NCBI RefSeq assembly: GCF_004010195.1
Contig: NC_057719.1
Coordinates: 36,490,585-36,534,428, forward strand
DNA from: Chiloscyllium plagiosum
Taxonomy: Eukaryota
Direction of reading: 5' to 3'
Length of the DNA: 43,844 bases
Position numbers and translations under genes: made by a program. The notes beneath the pieces are model-generated. The model worked only from the letters and a program-made list of their open reading frames with translations, had not been told where the DNA came from and did no database searches. This document shows positions 12,515 through 24,160 of the stretch, in pieces; positions within the stretch are counted from its first letter, which is position 1, and every line of letters starts with the position of its first letter.

Positions 12515-13190
12515 CTCTCTGCCTTTCACAAGGACCGTTCCCTTCGCAAATCCTTGGTTTGTGCTTCCTCTCCATGCATCGCTGTCACCTCCACTCCAAC
12601 ACCCTGTGTAAAACTCAGGGCACGTTTTACTGAGCATCTCAGCCCGGCCCGCAGGGTCTGACCTGACTTCCCAGTCACCGCTCATTCCGCTTCCCATTCT
12701 GACATGACCATCCTCATCGTCCTCCACTGCCACAGCGAATCAGATCACAAATTGGAGGAACAATGCCTTATCTTCTGCATGGGGCAGCCTACAGCCCGGG
12801 GGACTCAACATTGAGATCTCCAGTTTCAAATAACTTCTTTTCCCATCCCCCTATTCCCTTTCCAGCCCCTCCCCCTCCCTCTCACTCCTCTGACTGTCCC
12901 TTCCTCCAGCTACTAACTGGATTCATTCCTCACATCGACCAACAAGGTTGTACTTTCTATCTATGCTCACTTATTCCTACCTCACCACTCGGCGCCTCTC
13001 CCTACCTAAAACTGTCCCCCAACCTCCTTTATCTGCAGCTCCGTTACACCCTCCCCCAGTCCAGAAGAAGGTTTACACCCGAAACACTGACTTCTCCACT
13101 TCCTGATGCGGCCTGGCCTGCTTTGTTCTTGCAGCCTCCTGCATGCCTACTTTGGATTTCAGCATCTGCAGTTTTTTTTGCCTCTAACTA
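12515..13190 (+). mobile_element. Neptune-type Penelope-like element 3' fragment inserted in CR1
   Basis: PLSAFHKDRSLRKSLV, then KLEEQCLIF / GSLQPGGLNIEISSF C-terminal motif, pyrimidine-rich 3' UTR, degenerate hammerhead at 13058-13092 (agtc-CAGAAGA...GAAACACT-gact). Confidence 0.75.
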
Positions 13191-13880
13191 AGTTTGTACC
13201 ACATGAGGAATCATCCTTTCTATATTGACTTTGTCAATCCCCTTTAGCATCTTATAAACCTCAATACATCTCCTCTCATTCTTCGAAATTCCAGAGAGTA
13301 TGGGCTTAAATTGCTCAATCTCTCTCCAAAAGAAAAACCCTCATCTCTGGAATCAATGAAGTCAATCTCCCCTGAACCATCTCCAATGCAACCACAGCTC
13401 TCCTAAAGTAAGGGGACCAATATTCTAGGTGAAGTTTCACTAATGCCTTGCACAATTGCAGCAATACTTCCCACATTTTATACTCTATTCCTTTAACAAT
13501 AAATTCCAAAATTCAACTTGCCAAATCAATGGGAATACTTCTGTAATCTATACTAATACCTGATATATTTAAATTTATATTTTTTATTTGACACTTGATT
13601 TCTTAAAATTTTCAGAATTTTCTTTTACTCCTTCGGCCGTTAAGACAGATGCAAATATCCATTTAATATGTATTCTGCTTTTGTAGATATAGTTGAAGAT
13701 CTGTCAGATGTAAAAATTGTTTAGTAAACAATCTCTATGTTATCTAACTGTAAAATGGTGTGTTAAATCTGAGCTCCCAAGTAATGTTTTGGATTTTTTG
13801 ACAAATTATAAAATAGGCATATGCTAAACAAGAACAATAGTTTTTGTCTACTCCAATGTCAAAACCATCCATTAAAATAC

Positions 13881-14021
13881 CTTATGCCCTTCATATCGTT
13901 TCCTTTTGTTCATCCTGTATGGTCGCTGGGTAGAAAATAACACCATATAGTTGCCATTGGTTTGAGCAGCAAAGACGGGTTCTTTGGGATGAACAGCCAG
14001 GCATGGAATGGTATATCTTTC
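13881..14021 (-). CDS. WDR25: WDR25 coding exon (141 bp)
   Basis: ttccgatag|GAA...CAT AAG|gtattt; [47 protein letters not shown]. Confidence 0.95.
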
Positions 14022-15838
14022 CTATCGGAAAGGATGGAATTTTAAAATTCTATTACATTTTTTGTGGGTCCATAATAAAATTGAACAGTTTTAGCAGCTA
14101 AAGAAATACAACAATTTCTATTTTTTTCAGACTCTTCGTAATTTAGTCAATATTAGAGAAATGAATCTTTGGTATGTAATTGAAATCCCTTAAAAACTCT
14201 CACTAGCATTTTCCCATACTGACAAATGAGCTTAGTCTAGGCTGAAAAATTACATATGAAAATATATTTTGGCATTACATTTATCGTATCTTAAGTAATG
14301 AACTGATCCAAATTCAAAAATGTACCTTTCAGCTGTGCAAATCTGCACAAGTTATTTTGTAATGCATTATGGAAAAATCATTTTCTGTCAGTTTCAATTA
14401 CTAAATACTGCAAAGATGTAATTATCATTTCACAATGCAGACAGCAAGAATGCATCATTTACTTTCAGCAATTGCCATACTTGATATGAATAATCCATGC
14501 TAAATATCGGCCCAGGTTTTGCTGGAGTTTGAAACCTCAATGTGTTGATCTTTCCTCACCCTTCAGCTTTAAAACTCTTTCTCCTGCAAGCTGCTGAAAA
14601 TGTGCATTAATAATGACACAACAAGGGCAACCAAGAACCTGGAATCTTAATAAATGGCAGAAGGAACAGTTTATCTTCTTCACCAGAATTAAAGTTTGAG
14701 GAAGAAACAGAGAGACAACCGGTAGAAAAGGTGTGAATTAAGACCAAATCAGTACAAAAAGGAACAGGGAAAAAATAGATTTTGTGGAGAAGGATACTGA
14801 AAGGAAAGGAAATAAAGAAGTTCAAGTTTTACATTTTAGAATTGTCATAAATAGCAATTTTCAATCTGCATGAATGAGACTTCACAGTTTCTTTTTGGGC
14901 AGCAAGGTTTGTCTGGCGTTGCAGGAACATACATCTGGATATTAGAAAGGTGCTAACACTTTGAGGTGCAGCCTCAACCTTCTATGACAACTGTTTAATC
15001 AACAAATAATGTGCAAATGCAGCAGTTCAACAACATTCAAAGATCTTGAGGACAATCCGCCATTTTTGCAAGGCTAACAGTGCAATGACATAAACTGTAA
15101 TTTGTTATGATTCATAATTCACAGGCTTGCTCTTCCCTAACACAAGTTGTGTGCCATTTATACATTAATAATAGTGAGTACATTAAATACTCTGTTATCT
15201 TGGCCAATACTTTAGGTTGTAAAGCCTTGCATTGAAAAAGAAGAATTTATGGCAGAGAAAGAGGCCACTTAGCCATCTTGTCTGTGACAAATGAAAGAGC
15301 TGCTTAACCTAGTTTCACTTTACAGACTTTGGTCTATAGACCTGCAGGTTACAGCATTTCAAGAGCATATGAAATTGTGTTAAGCAAAAAATACAATGAG
15401 GGGTTTTTGCCTTAACTACCTCTCCAGGCAGTGAGTTCCACATGTCCACTGAACTTTGGTTAAAAAAGTACTTAACTGCACCCTCCCATCCCAAACCCAT
15501 CAATTCAAAAGTTTATTACTTAATCACCCCTCCTCCACCCCTCTAATTCTTCTATTAATTACTTTAAATATCTGCTTCCTGGTAAGTGACCTCTCTCTTC
15601 AGGTATCTTATGATTTGCAATAATACTTCAAATCTGATCAAAAGACTAAAAGTCAACTGGAAACATTTTACTGCAGTTCAAATAGTGGTTGCTATAATTA
15701 ATTAGGCAATTAAAGCACAACAGCTTAATTGCATTGTTACATCCGACTCCACAGAACCTCTGCAGTGTGACTTCACAGAAAATGTATGACATGGATGATC
15801 TCAATACAGAAATGAAAACGCACATCTGTTAAGCTTAC

Positions 15839-16009
15839 ATGGAATATTTGATTAGATATCTTTGCAGAAGTCTTGAAATCCCAGGCAATGATTGTACGAT
15901 CTGCTGAGTCTCTGCTTACAGCATCTGTGCTGGTAAGAAATTCTTTTCCACCCGGAAGAAAAAGAATGTCAAGTGTTTGCTGTATTCCAGCACTGTATTC
16001 GTTCACCAC
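15839..16009 (-). CDS. WDR25: WDR25 coding exon (171 bp)
   Basis: ttttctag|GTG...TTC CAT|gtaagc; [57 protein letters not shown], a highly conserved WDR25 segment. Confidence 0.96.
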
Positions 16010-16164
16010 CTAGAAAAAATAATGAATACAATTTACATGGCATATCTATTTTCCTTAACCCCAAAAAGAACATTCTGGTAAAATATTACTTTTCTTTCTA
16101 GTGATCAAAAAACTAGTGATTGTAGAATGGCATGCTTTCCAAAACTGAGGATAGCTTTTCTTTC

Positions 16165-16440
16165 AATTTATTCATGAGATGTAGGCATTATTGGCAAAAA
16201 GCCTTTGAAAAGATGAAGTCAATGCAGCTTCTTAAAGTACAACAGTTGATGTGGTAAAGGTGCTCCCACAATGTCGTAAGGGTTGGAGTTCCAGGTCTTT
16301 GGCCCAGCAACAAGGAAGGAATTCAAATATATTTTTGACAAGGTCATGTGCTAACTAAACGTGACATTGGAGTTCCCATGTGTCGGTTGCCCTTATCCTT
16401 GATGGATAATCAAGGATGGTTGATATCATAGAAGCATGAA
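16165..16440 (-). mobile_element. decayed LINE 3' end (tail shared with SINEs at 31330 and 32430)
   Basis: minus strand ends ...cctacatctcatgaataaattgaa, similar to the SINE tail catcccatgaataaaaa. Confidence 0.45.
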
Positions 16441-16781
16441 TTTTAAAGATTGTAAGTTACAAAGTTAAATTGTAAAATCAGCCTGCAATGTTAGACAGTT
16501 TTGCATTTAATTCAATAAACACAGTTCTGCTTATTGGTTAACAGTAACACAGTTTCTTTGGTCTTTAATACTATATTGAAACAATTCGAGTGCAATGAAA
16601 TCAAAATTCTGAGCCCCTTCATGTTGCATTTCACAACTCATGTTGAGTATCTTCAGTATTCAGTCCAGAATAAGGAGAATGTCACCAAAACTTCCAACTA
16701 GGTTCCAGTGGCAGTACCAACAGCCAAAAAACAGCAGAGATGGAATGCAAACTTTTCATCCTGATTTTTTTTTTAATTAAT

Positions 16782-17088
16782 GGGCTGCACGTTGGCACAG
16801 TGGTTAGCACTGCTGCCTCACAGTGCCAGAGACCCGGGTTCAATTCCTGCCTCATTTGACTATCTGTGTGGATTTTGCACATTCTCCCCGTGTCTGCGTG
16901 GGTTTCTTCCGGGTGCTCCGGTTTCCTCCCACAATCCAAAAATGTGCAGGTTCGGTGAATTAGCCATGCTAAATTGGCTGTAGTGTTAGATGTTGGGGAG
17001 TGGGTCTGGGTGGGTGCTCTTCGGAGGGTCAGTGTGGACTTGTTGGGCCGAAGGGCCTGTTTCCACACTGTAGGTAATCTAATCCAAT
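16782..17088 (+). mobile_element. HE1 SINE (tRNA-derived V-SINE of elasmobranchs)
   Basis: A box TGGCACAGTGG, B box GGTTCAATTCC, V-domain gtgtctgcgtgggtttc...cgggtgctccggtttcctcccaca, tail gggccgaagggcctgtttccacactgta then aatct repeats. Confidence 0.92.
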
Positions 17089-17430
17089 GGCTCTTTGGTT
17101 ATTCATGATTAGCTGCTGGTTAATAGTGAGAGAATTAAAACAAATGCTGATGATTGTATCATTATACAACAAGGAAAATGTATGCATCTTCCTGACCTTT
17201 TTCCTTTTGGGTGTCTTGAGGAAAGCTGCTCAGGTAGAACTTTGTTTATCCTTGGCCCAATTGCTTAAGTCACAAAGTTAACTCTGTGGAGAAGAACCGT
17301 ACATGGGAAAACCTGCGGTCAAGTTGAAGCTAACCAGTGCAGTTCAGGGAAGTCTGTTTTGAAATTGTCAGCTAATAGACAAGGTTCAGTCATTAATGAC
17401 TAAGAGCATTGGAAGTTGTTTAGTTATGGA

Positions 17431-17515
17431 GCTGGAAAAAGCACAGTAAGTCAAGCAGCATCAGAGGAGCAGGAGAGTCAACATTTCAGATAGGAACCCT
17501 TCATCAAGACCTGCT
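17431..17515 (-). mobile_element. PLE terminal-repeat fragment with degenerate hammerhead
   Basis: minus strand gtc-TTGATGA-agggttcctatct-GAAATGTT-gac then tctcctgctcctctgatgctgc, the same family tail as 13090-13140 and 36757-36830. Confidence 0.65.
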
Positions 17516-17689
17516 CCACCCTATATTGACTGACTTTCCAGTATTTGCAGTCCCCAATAACTTCAAGTTATTCAGTTATGGCTTGTTGTTTTCAGATTAT
17601 TACTTTTGAGCCTATCGGTTATAAGACATCAAATTTTGGACTGTGATGGGCATTCTAGATATATGACATCTTATTGATGTCCAGGTTTA

Positions 17690-18340
17690 GGGTGTAGGTT
17701 TGCTCTCTGAGCTGTAGGTTTGACATCCAGATGTTTCATTACCTGGCTAGGTAACATCATCAGTGGCGATCTTCAAGTGAAGCAAAGCTGTTGTCTCCTG
17801 CTTTCTATTTATATCTTTCTCCTGGATGGGGTTCCTGGGGTTTGTGGTAATGTCATTTCCTGTTCGTTTTCTGAGGGGTTGATAGATGGCATCTAGATCT
17901 ATGTGCTTGTTTATGGTGTTGTGGTTGGAGTGCCAGGCCTCTAGGAATTCTCTGGCATGTCTTTGCTTAGCCTGTTCCAGGATAGATGTGTTATCCCAGT
18001 CGAAATGGTGGTTTTTTTCATCCGTGTGTAGAGCTATGAGGGAGAGGGGGTCGTGTCTTTTTGTGGCTAGCTGGTGTTCGTGTATCCTGGTGGCTAACTT
18101 TCTTCCTGTTTGTCCTACGTAGTGTTTGTGGCAGTCCTTGCATGGAATTTTATAGATGACGTTGGTTTTGTCCATGGGTTGTACTGGGTCTTTTAAGTTT
18201 GTTAGTTTTTGTTTGAGAGTGTTGGTGGGTTTGTGTGCTACTAGGATTCCGAGGGGTCTCAGTAGTCTGGCTGTCATTTCTGAAACTTCTTTGATATATG
18301 GTAAGGTGGTTAGGGTTTCTGGCTGCGTTTTGTCTGCTTG
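17690..18340 (-). mobile_element. 5'-truncated Poseidon-type PLE with open GIY-YIG endonuclease frame
   Basis: 176-aa ORF NVIYKIPCKDCHKHYVGQTGRKLATRIHEH...HTDEKNHHFDW...REFLEAWHS (GIY-YIG with CCHH residues). Confidence 0.9.
17727..17766 (-). ncRNA. minimal type I hammerhead ribozyme, core nearly intact
   Basis: minus strand: CCA CUGAUGA U GUUACCU AGCC AGGUAAU GAAAC AUC UGG. Confidence 0.75.
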
Positions 18341-18724
18341 TCGACAATCTCAAGTGTAGCAAATATGATTTAAAGCCACTTTATTTTTCACCACTAATCT
18401 CAATAATAGAAGTTCATTCCTAAATGTCCTCCGCCTCCAATTACCATTCCCCATTTAATCATCCTGAGCAAATTTGCTCATTTAGGTCTGTATTAGGAGC
18501 ATTGGTTCTGTGCCCAACATCAATATTTAAAGCTGGCGGAAGCTGTTCATCACATCAATCCGGATCTGAAGCCAGCTTCCAAAAGGTCAAGTGTATTTTG
18601 CTGAACTAGTGAAGCAAATTAGATATGGAATCAAATCATGAGCATGTAATTGGAAAAAAGTCAGAAAATGTTAGTTAATTCAATTTTGTCAGCTAAAATT
18701 GTACTGTGGTAATTTCATCAAAGC

Positions 18725-19250
18725 CATAGTCATAGATCATATGGCATTGAAACACATCCCTTGGTTCAACTACCAGGTATTCCAAACTAACTAGTCCCAT
18801 TTGCCTGCATTTGAGCCATATCCCTCTGAATCCTTCCTATTCATGTACCTGTCCAAATGTCTTTCAAATGTTATGACCATATCTGCATCTAACACTTCCT
18901 TTGGCAGTTCATTCCATAAATGGACATCTCTGTGACAAAAGTTGTCCCTCGGATCCCTTTTAAATCGTTCCCCTCTCACCTTAAATCTATGCCCTCTTCT
19001 TTTGAACTCCCCTACCCTAAGGAAAACATCTTTGCTATTCAACTTATCTATATCCTTCATAGTTTTATAAACCTCTATAAGGTTTAAAACCTCAACCTCT
19101 TTCACTCCAAGAAAAACAAAGTTCGACAGCCTCTGCCTTTAACATCTTTGTAAATGCTTTCTATATTCTCCAGAACAAGTAACACCCTTGTGATTTTTTC
19201 TGTACCCTTTCCAATTTAATTACATCCTTCCTATAGCAGGACAACCAGAT
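18725..19250 (-). mobile_element. CR1/HER1 LINE 3' end
   Basis: LIEVYKTMKDIDK...RGHRFKVRGERFKRD...LWNELPKEV...FERHLDRYM. Confidence 0.85.
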
Positions 19251-19356
19251 TATATTGCTATGCAAAAGGAATATTAAATCACATTTCATCTTAGTTGCTA
19301 TAAATTACTTTACTTCAGATCAAAAGTGTGCATTACATGGTAAAGTATTACAGTAC

Positions 19357-19487
19357 CTTACAAGTTCTTATATCCCATGCTCTCACTGTTGAGCTGAATC
19401 CTCCACTCAAGAAGATATTTTGGTTCTCAGGATTGAAAGCTAAACAAGTGACTTGACATTCATTACGAACACTGATGATTTGTTTAG
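19357..19487 (-). CDS. WDR25: WDR25 coding exon (131 bp)
   Basis: tttattaatatag|CT AAA...TGT AAG|gtactg; (A)KQIISVRNECQVTCLAFNPENQNIFLSGGFSSTVRAWDIRTCK; phase joins the previous exon. Confidence 0.92.
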
Positions 19488-19713
19488 CTATATTAATAAA
19501 AATGAAACTTTATTAATTGCAAATTGAAGTGTTAAAAATCCTCTATGGTTTAATGCTCCAGATGCATCAGCTGGAAAACACAAAAGTAACATAACTGGAT
19601 ATTCCATTTAATGCAGAGATTTAAGTACATTTGAGGCTTCACCTCAGGTTTTACAGGTGACTGCAACATAGTACAAGACTCATTAGGGTAGATGGGAATA
19701 TATCTGAGGTCAT

Positions 19714-20736
19714 TGTAAAAGTTGATTTCAACTTTTGTATACAAAATTTCCCAATTTACCTGATCTTCAGACCCAGTTTGGTAAACAGCACCACCAGGTT
19801 TCTGAACTTCCTAAGAATTACTATTTATCATAAGTAATTAGATTCTAGCTACAGGCAAACTGTTATAAATCATCAACATATAACAGAATAAACTAAAACG
19901 CTAATCCGCTTACAAACTCACACTTACACACCAAAAAATAGGGAAAAGTAGATTATAGGCTGAAGAAAACTGGGAGGCAATTCAGTGGTTCCTCTTCCTG
20001 GTTTGTTGTGATGATCCTTAGAATTCCTGGTCAGAAGTCTGCTTTTCAGTCATGTTTTTCATTCCAGAAATTGTTTTACAAGAGACACAACATAACTGGT
20101 TCACTTATAAAAGTGGTAGTGGTCCCTTATTGCAAATACTGGTAGTGGCCAGGAGGCCCAGGTTCAAGTCCCACGTGCTCCAGAGGGGTGTAATAATATC
20201 TTTGAGTTGTTGATTAGAAAAATAGGTTAAATATAAAAAGAAAGTCTCTGACTTGTCAATGAAGAGTCACAGCTTACAACAACTGGTGAAGGAAAGATTA
20301 ACTAATTTTCTTCAGGTTTAAAATTGGTTTTGATTACAAAGAAGAGAAATACAACTTCTGTGCTTGTGGAGATCAAACACTTCTATCTTGTTCCCAGTCC
20401 CAAGACGTTCAGTTCCCTGAGAATCAATCACACTGTTGTTGGCAGGCTAAAAGACTTTTGTCATCGCAAAATGGGCACTGGTCCATAAAGCAATCAATCA
20501 ACTTCTTGTTGCCACCCAGTTACATCTGTACACAAAATCCCTTGGGTTCACATCACAACCCAAATGTCAATTAATGCTTGTTCAAATCACTGTATACGTG
20601 ATGCTTGCCTGAGTGTCTCAGCTTACTTGCTTTTCTAAACATGCAGCGATCCTTAAACACTTATTTTAAAACAGTTCTTTCTCATTTTAGTCCATGAGTT
20701 TAAAAAGCACAAAAGTAAAAACTCACTGTTTTTACA
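19714..20736. repeat. possible old solo LTR containing a short SINE fragment (about 20110-20225)
   Basis: bounded by TGTAAAA...TTTTACA inverted ends; no clear TSD. Confidence 0.3.
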
Positions 20737-21699
20737 CTAAGCAAAACAATTTGGGTTTGCTGCTATTTCATATTTACTTCGTATTTAACTAATCTCAACT
20801 GGGTGGCAGCAAGAGTAGAAAAGAACAGTGTTCTCAAAGTGGAGAAGGAAACTAAAATAAAATCAGCCCAACTTCTACTCTGATAGCTCATGCTGCAAAT
20901 TCCAAATGTGGATTTCAGACCGCAATAGTCAAAACACAAATGTCTCCCAATACATTCTATTGTGGCTCCCATAATAGTAATTATGTGTGAAGCTTTGTGG
21001 AATTGAATTGCTTGTGATAAATTTCTAAACTCTGTATATTATCAACTGGTGTGTTCATTGAATAACACTTAAAAATACTGTCATTTCTAAAGACATCAAG
21101 GTCTTGGCTACTGGGGAACTCAGGTGGAATTTAGCATGGATATTTAAATACAAACAATTAGTCATTATACAAATTGCTTTTAATGCCACTATATACAAAC
21201 TAAAGCAGTTAATATTTTGACAGAAATTTAAAAGTTGCCCGGAAAATATATAAATTGCACAGACGAAGTACTCAATGGGATTTGAAACACAACTATGCAT
21301 TCACAGTGAAATATGTGAAGGAATGTAATAAGGACCTGCAGTTCTGGAAGAAAAAAATTAAATAAATTATGTAGATTCTGTTGGGATATACTAATGAGAA
21401 ATTGTTGTCACTGGATAGCCTTTTTGATATAGGAAACCAGACACACTTGGCAGCCAGCATCAATCTATGCTGAAAAAAAAGTAAGAATTATAACTGCAGT
21501 TAATCACTGTCAGATGTCCATAAAGAAAAGAAGCTCACCATGTGAAGCATGCAGTACTGGAGCTGTGTCCCAGTAAGTGGCTGCATTCATACTCAAGACA
21601 AAGGGGGGGGGAAAAGTGACACCTGGATATTTTTCCAAATCTCAGGAAGAGGATTCATCAGTGATTAGAAGGAAATAGAGTAGGAAAGGAGTTTTTACA

Positions 21700-21860
21700 T
21701 TACCTACAGTGTGGAAACAGGCCCTTCAGCCCAACCAGTCCACACTGACCCTCTGAAGAGTAATCCATCCAGACCTATTTCCCTCTGACTAATTGACCTA
21801 ATACGATGGGGCAATTTGGCATAGCCAATTCACCTAACCTGCACATATTTGGACTGTGTA
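21700..21860 (-). mobile_element. HE1 SINE 3' half
   Basis: tacagtgtggaaacaggcccttc...ggactgtg, antisense of the HE1 tail. Confidence 0.8.
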
Positions 21861-21937
21861 AAAAAATTGCCACTCATGTCTTTTTTAAATCTTTCTTCTC
21901 TCACCTTAAAAATATGCTCCCTAGTCTTGAAAAAAAA

Positions 21938-22160
21938 TGTGGAGTTTGTGCGTTCTTCCCTTATCTATGAGGGTTTCCGCTGGTGCTCAGTTCCTGATCG
22001 TAGTCCAAAGATGTGAAGATTGGGTGGATTAGCCATGATAAGTAAGGGGTTATGAGGATAGGGTTGAGGGTGGAGTGGGATAGGGCTGGCTCGGGATAGG
22101 ATGCTCTTTGGAGGTTGAGTGTAGACTCAATGGCCTCTTTCAGCACTGTAAGGATTCTAT
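21938..22160 (+). mobile_element. older HE1-related SINE, 5' truncated
   Basis: tgtggagtttgtgcgttcttccc...gtccaaagatgtg...ggattctatga. Confidence 0.7.
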
Positions 22161-22399
22161 GATGTCCCTTTACTTCTATCTTATCTCTGACTGGTTTTAT
22201 ATAAAATGAACTGTCGAAATGGTTGGGCCAAATGCTACAATCAGTAGTGAGCAAGATTTTCACTTACACAGTGAAGGATTACATCACATTTGCAACGACC
22301 ATACGAGACTTACAATGCAGTATCCATGCGCTAGCCTATTCAACAATGTTGAACAATGTCACAGTCTGCACTCCAGCACCATTTCATGATATTCAGAAT

Positions 22400-23775
22400 C
22401 TGCCACCATTGTAACAAGAAATGTTCATTAAATTTATGAACTTAGCAACTCACACAGTTGGGTTCAATTTGAATACCATTACCTAAGCCCAAAAAAGATA
22501 GTGCTGCCATGGGATCCTCTGTAGGTCCAGCTCTTACAAATATCTCTGTGGGATACTATGAGAGACATGTCTTTGATGGAATGACACCAAGCCTCTTACA
22601 CCTTACATATTTCAGATATGCAAATGGGATGAATCTATGGCTGGATATAATGATGACCTTACATGTTTTAAGATTCTCCACCCTGCACTCAAATTTACTT
22701 TACAAATGCAACAATCAAATTAGCTTCCTTTCCTTAATAGTCCAGCTGAGAAATCAGAAGGGTGGTTTTCTACTGCAATTTGCTAAAAACATACCTTCAT
22801 TAGTCAGTGCACACATTGGGGACTCCAGTAGTTCCATATTATAAGACCGACCTTGTAACTAAGGTCCCAGCTTTGTTTTCAAAGAGCAAGCATAATTGTG
22901 AAAAATGACACATCAAACCCATCTTGTGGGATACCGACTACCCTGATCACATCATTTATCGCTGTGCAAACTCATGAATCGCTGCAAAGCAGTTACTTTT
23001 GTTCTTGAAAAGTGTCCAGCCAACTTCACATTACCCTCAAAGGCAAGGTATCTTAAAGTTTTGAGCAATAGGGGAAACCAGCTGCTTTGTCTGATGGTGT
23101 AATAACTAACAAGCCAAAAAATGTCAAGCCAAAAAGATGGCCTGCTAAAATGATAATATAGTTTATGAATTTTAATGCCAGTGCAATGCCATATGTGTAG
23201 GCCATACATCAAAGTGGATCCTCTCAAATAGCATGCTCCTTCAGTTGTTCATAACAAGCAAGATATTGACTGTACCAAACCAAACTTGGTCTTGTAATTT
23301 TTGCAACATAGTATTCAACATTAGGTGCAAATCCATAAAGGACAATATTTTCTGAATAATCCAGAGGATGCAAAGTAGTATGCTGACAACCAATTTAGGA
23401 TTGTCAATTGGGCACATTGGGTGACGCAGATATGTGTGTGCTGGAAGCTACATACACAAGGTTCTGTTCTTTGCAGACACAACAAACACGTACACACACT
23501 GTATGTAATTGAATGCAACAAAATAAGTCACAGCTGTTCCCTGGTTTAAATCTCAGGGCAGTGTTTTGACCAATCAAGATAACTGGTTTAAAATTTAAAC
23601 AAAGCTTAGCAGTTAACTATCAGTCATTCTCTAAGGCTATGCCTCTACCAATCAGAATAAACTTTGCAACCATCAGCAGCCTCCTCTGATTCAGTATAAT
23701 TATTCATTTGTCTCTTAAGGTAATATCCTCGTGAATTCTCCTGTTGATTGCAAGATGAAAAGTTTTGTCAAAATG
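22400..23775 (+). mobile_element. decayed third-family Penelope-like element (RT plus GIY-YIG plus hammerhead remnant)
   Basis: RT AMGSSVGPALTNISVGYYE...YFRYA; EN NIVYEF*CQCNAICVGHTS; C-terminal VLCRHNKHV; CTGTTGA...GAAA at 23741-23760. Confidence 0.7.
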
Positions 23776-23814
23776 TGTCTTTCTCTCAACAAGGCTCATG
23801 TTCAGCACTACCAA

Positions 23815-24160
23815 ATGACTAGGATTGTTGTAGTCCATGTTGGGACTAACAACATAAGCAAAGCTACGGTGGAGGATGTGTTTGGGGATTATCAAGCACT
23901 AGGAAGGAAATTGAAGTACAAGTCCTCAAGGGTCATAATCTCCGGATTACTGCCCGAGCCACGTGCCAATTGGCAGAGGGATAAGAAAGTTAGGGAAGTA
24001 AACACGTGGCCAAGGGATTGGTGTGGGCAAGAGGAATTCCGTTTCATGGGGCATTGTCATCAGTTTTGGAACTGGGGGGATCTGTACCGTTGGAACAGTC
24101 TCCACCTGAACTGATCTGGAACCAGTGTTCTAGTGAAAAGGATAAATAGGGTGGTCATTG
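23815..24160 (+). mobile_element. CR1 ORF1 SGNH esterase fragment
   Basis: VVVHVGTNNI...RVIISGLLP...LHLN, the GxN(D) block and catalytic-His motif of CR1 ORF1p. Confidence 0.8.

Noticed and set aside
13871..13880. GTAT-starting donors (here and at 29144) as possible U12 introns
   Set aside because: gtatttta and gtatagtg do not match the U12 consensus GTATCCTT.
16682..17068. Recurrent ORFs MWKQALRPNKST... (also 38343-38669)
   Set aside because: Antisense reading frames of HE1 SINEs, not genes.
17747..18277. 176-aa open GIY-YIG ORF as a domesticated nuclease gene
   Set aside because: It is a 5'-truncated repeat with two paralogues in the window; an open frame is explained by youth.
21530..21660. 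Strong minus-strand donor (ATG|GTGAGC near 21538) as an alternative WDR25 exon
   Set aside because: No WD40-like peptide recognised, and the flanking exons already join in frame.
23731..24114. SGNH hydrolase ORF as a host gene or PLE-esterase fusion
   Set aside because: Typical CR1 ORF1 fragment with a damaged DxxH motif; the junction looks like adjacent decayed repeats.
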